64,000 nucleotides of DNA from Paragordius varius (lineage: Eukaryota; Animalia; Nematomorpha). Positions 62,743 to 64,000 of this stretch are shown piece by piece. The position numbers were made by a program, and so were the translations under genes. Under the pieces are notes generated by a model. That model saw only the letters and a list, made by a program, of their open reading frames with translations, ran no database searches and had not been told where the DNA came from. The stretch is taken from NCBI GenBank assembly GCA_964247055.1, contig OZ176060.1, positions 1,612,001-1,676,000 of the forward strand, written 5' to 3'. The first letter of the stretch is position 1, and each line of letters opens with the position of its first letter.

Positions 62743-63408
62743 CTGGAAAAAAGGTAAAAAAGCCAGTAATCTTTTGCTAATAAACTTAACATTTTTTGCC
62801 ACCCAATTAGAACTTACGTAAGTTATTTTGATCATTTTCAGCCAAATATGAAATAAGGCACCAACAACCAATAAAATATATTTATTGAAGTTTTATACAT
62901 GTATAAATATAAAAATTTACCTTTAACGTTTATAAATTTACATAACGTTATGCAATTGTAAACAAGGTCATACCCTTATTAATAAGATATATTTTTCAAT
63001 CAAATTTACGATATTTAATTGTTCATCAAATATGAACATTAACAGAGTTTTTCCAATTATTTCATCCTCTTTTGTATTCACTCAATTCAAATAGGTTGAT
63101 TAGCCAACAATTATCAAATATAACTTTTTAACATACAAATTTTCAAATTGCATATAACTAAATTAAATTGGCCAAAAGCAAAATTATCTTTAAAAAAACA
63201 GTTACAAAACTTGAGTTATAGTTTATTATTATAATAAGCCTAAAACCAGAAAGTTGGAGTTTTTATAAAAACACAAATCCAAAACTCGCGTTTTTCTTTT
63301 AACGTCTTTAGAAGATAAAAAAACTTATGAAACTATAAGCAAATAATTAAAAACTTAGAGCTATCTCAAAAAAATTTTTTTGTTAAAAAAATTTAACCCT
63401 TTTGTACA

Positions 63409-63413
<5 letters not shown>

Positions 63414-63441
<28 letters not shown>
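63414..63441. repeat. (TA)n microsatellite
   Basis: Uninterrupted TA run. Confidence 0.95.
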
Positions 63442-63444
<3 letters not shown>

Positions 63445-64000
63445 TTCAAAATATTTATTTTATACATATTTTTAAATCTATCAAATACGCCCTACACCAC
63501 ACTCAAATCTTCAAGCTTTTAGGTTATGATTTTTTCCTCCAAATCTAGTTATCCTGCCTGTAACACCCCTAATGTTAAAAAATTTTTTATGACGTGAAAC
63601 CAACATGACTTGACAAACTTGCAAAAGTTAAAAAAAAATTATAACCCCATGTTGACAGATTCAAATCCATACAAAAATGCCAATGTAATTTTTAAATTGC
63701 ATACATTATTTAATATGTTTTAAAGTTTAAGGTAAAACCATATTTCATGAGGCATATAGTTAATTTTCTTATGCAAAAGCACCCCGTATTTTAAAAAAAC
63801 TTGCCCCTTTGGACGGGTCCAAAAAAAATCCGGAGCCACATATAAATATAATATATTATTTAACTATTGTTTTGCTTTTTATATGTTATGAGACATAATA
63901 ATGATATTATTGAAACATTTAGTTTTCACGAAAAAAATTTTTTTAATGTGCGCATCTTTCGCCACTTTTTCAATTACCACAAAGTGAAAATAATTTTTTT

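Noticed and set aside
1-64000. Naming the source organism, or calling tRNA, rRNA or other ncRNA genes
   Set aside because: Cuticlin-like ZP-N motifs hint at an ecdysozoan or other invertebrate, but this cannot be settled by eye. No structured-RNA gene signature was seen.

Overview
This is AT-rich (roughly one-quarter GC by eye) eukaryotic, most likely animal, genomic DNA with GT-AG introns. I found no rRNA, tRNA, CRISPR or operon-like features. Almost the whole window is one very large multi-exon gene on the minus strand. Its recognisable exons run from about 61.5 kb (possibly 62.8 kb) down to position 167, and the gene probably continues off the left edge. The ORF track misses most of it because the exons are small. 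Manual exon stitching gives more than 1,700 aa, in this order: ZP-N module 1, ZP-N module 2, a ~650-aa Lys/Asn-rich region with a helical-looking core, ZP-N module 3, an unclassified Cys-containing region, a Thr/Ser-rich mucin-like stalk, and an antistasin-type six-Cys domain. No ZP-C domain is visible in the window. Some junctions are unresolved, and a possible 20-nt intron and a 13-nt micro-exon are flagged. The introns are filled with decayed mobile DNA: several RTE-clade LINE fragments, a Buster/Charlie-type hAT remnant with both TIRs, mariner remnants, a Ty3/gypsy gag-pro-RT remnant, a Helitron-like 3' end beside a poly-G tract, TA-flanked MITEs, long-TIR palindromic elements, foldback-like elements with inverted 21-bp minisatellite arms, and (TA)n microsatellites. 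All family calls come from reading motifs by eye; no database search was run.
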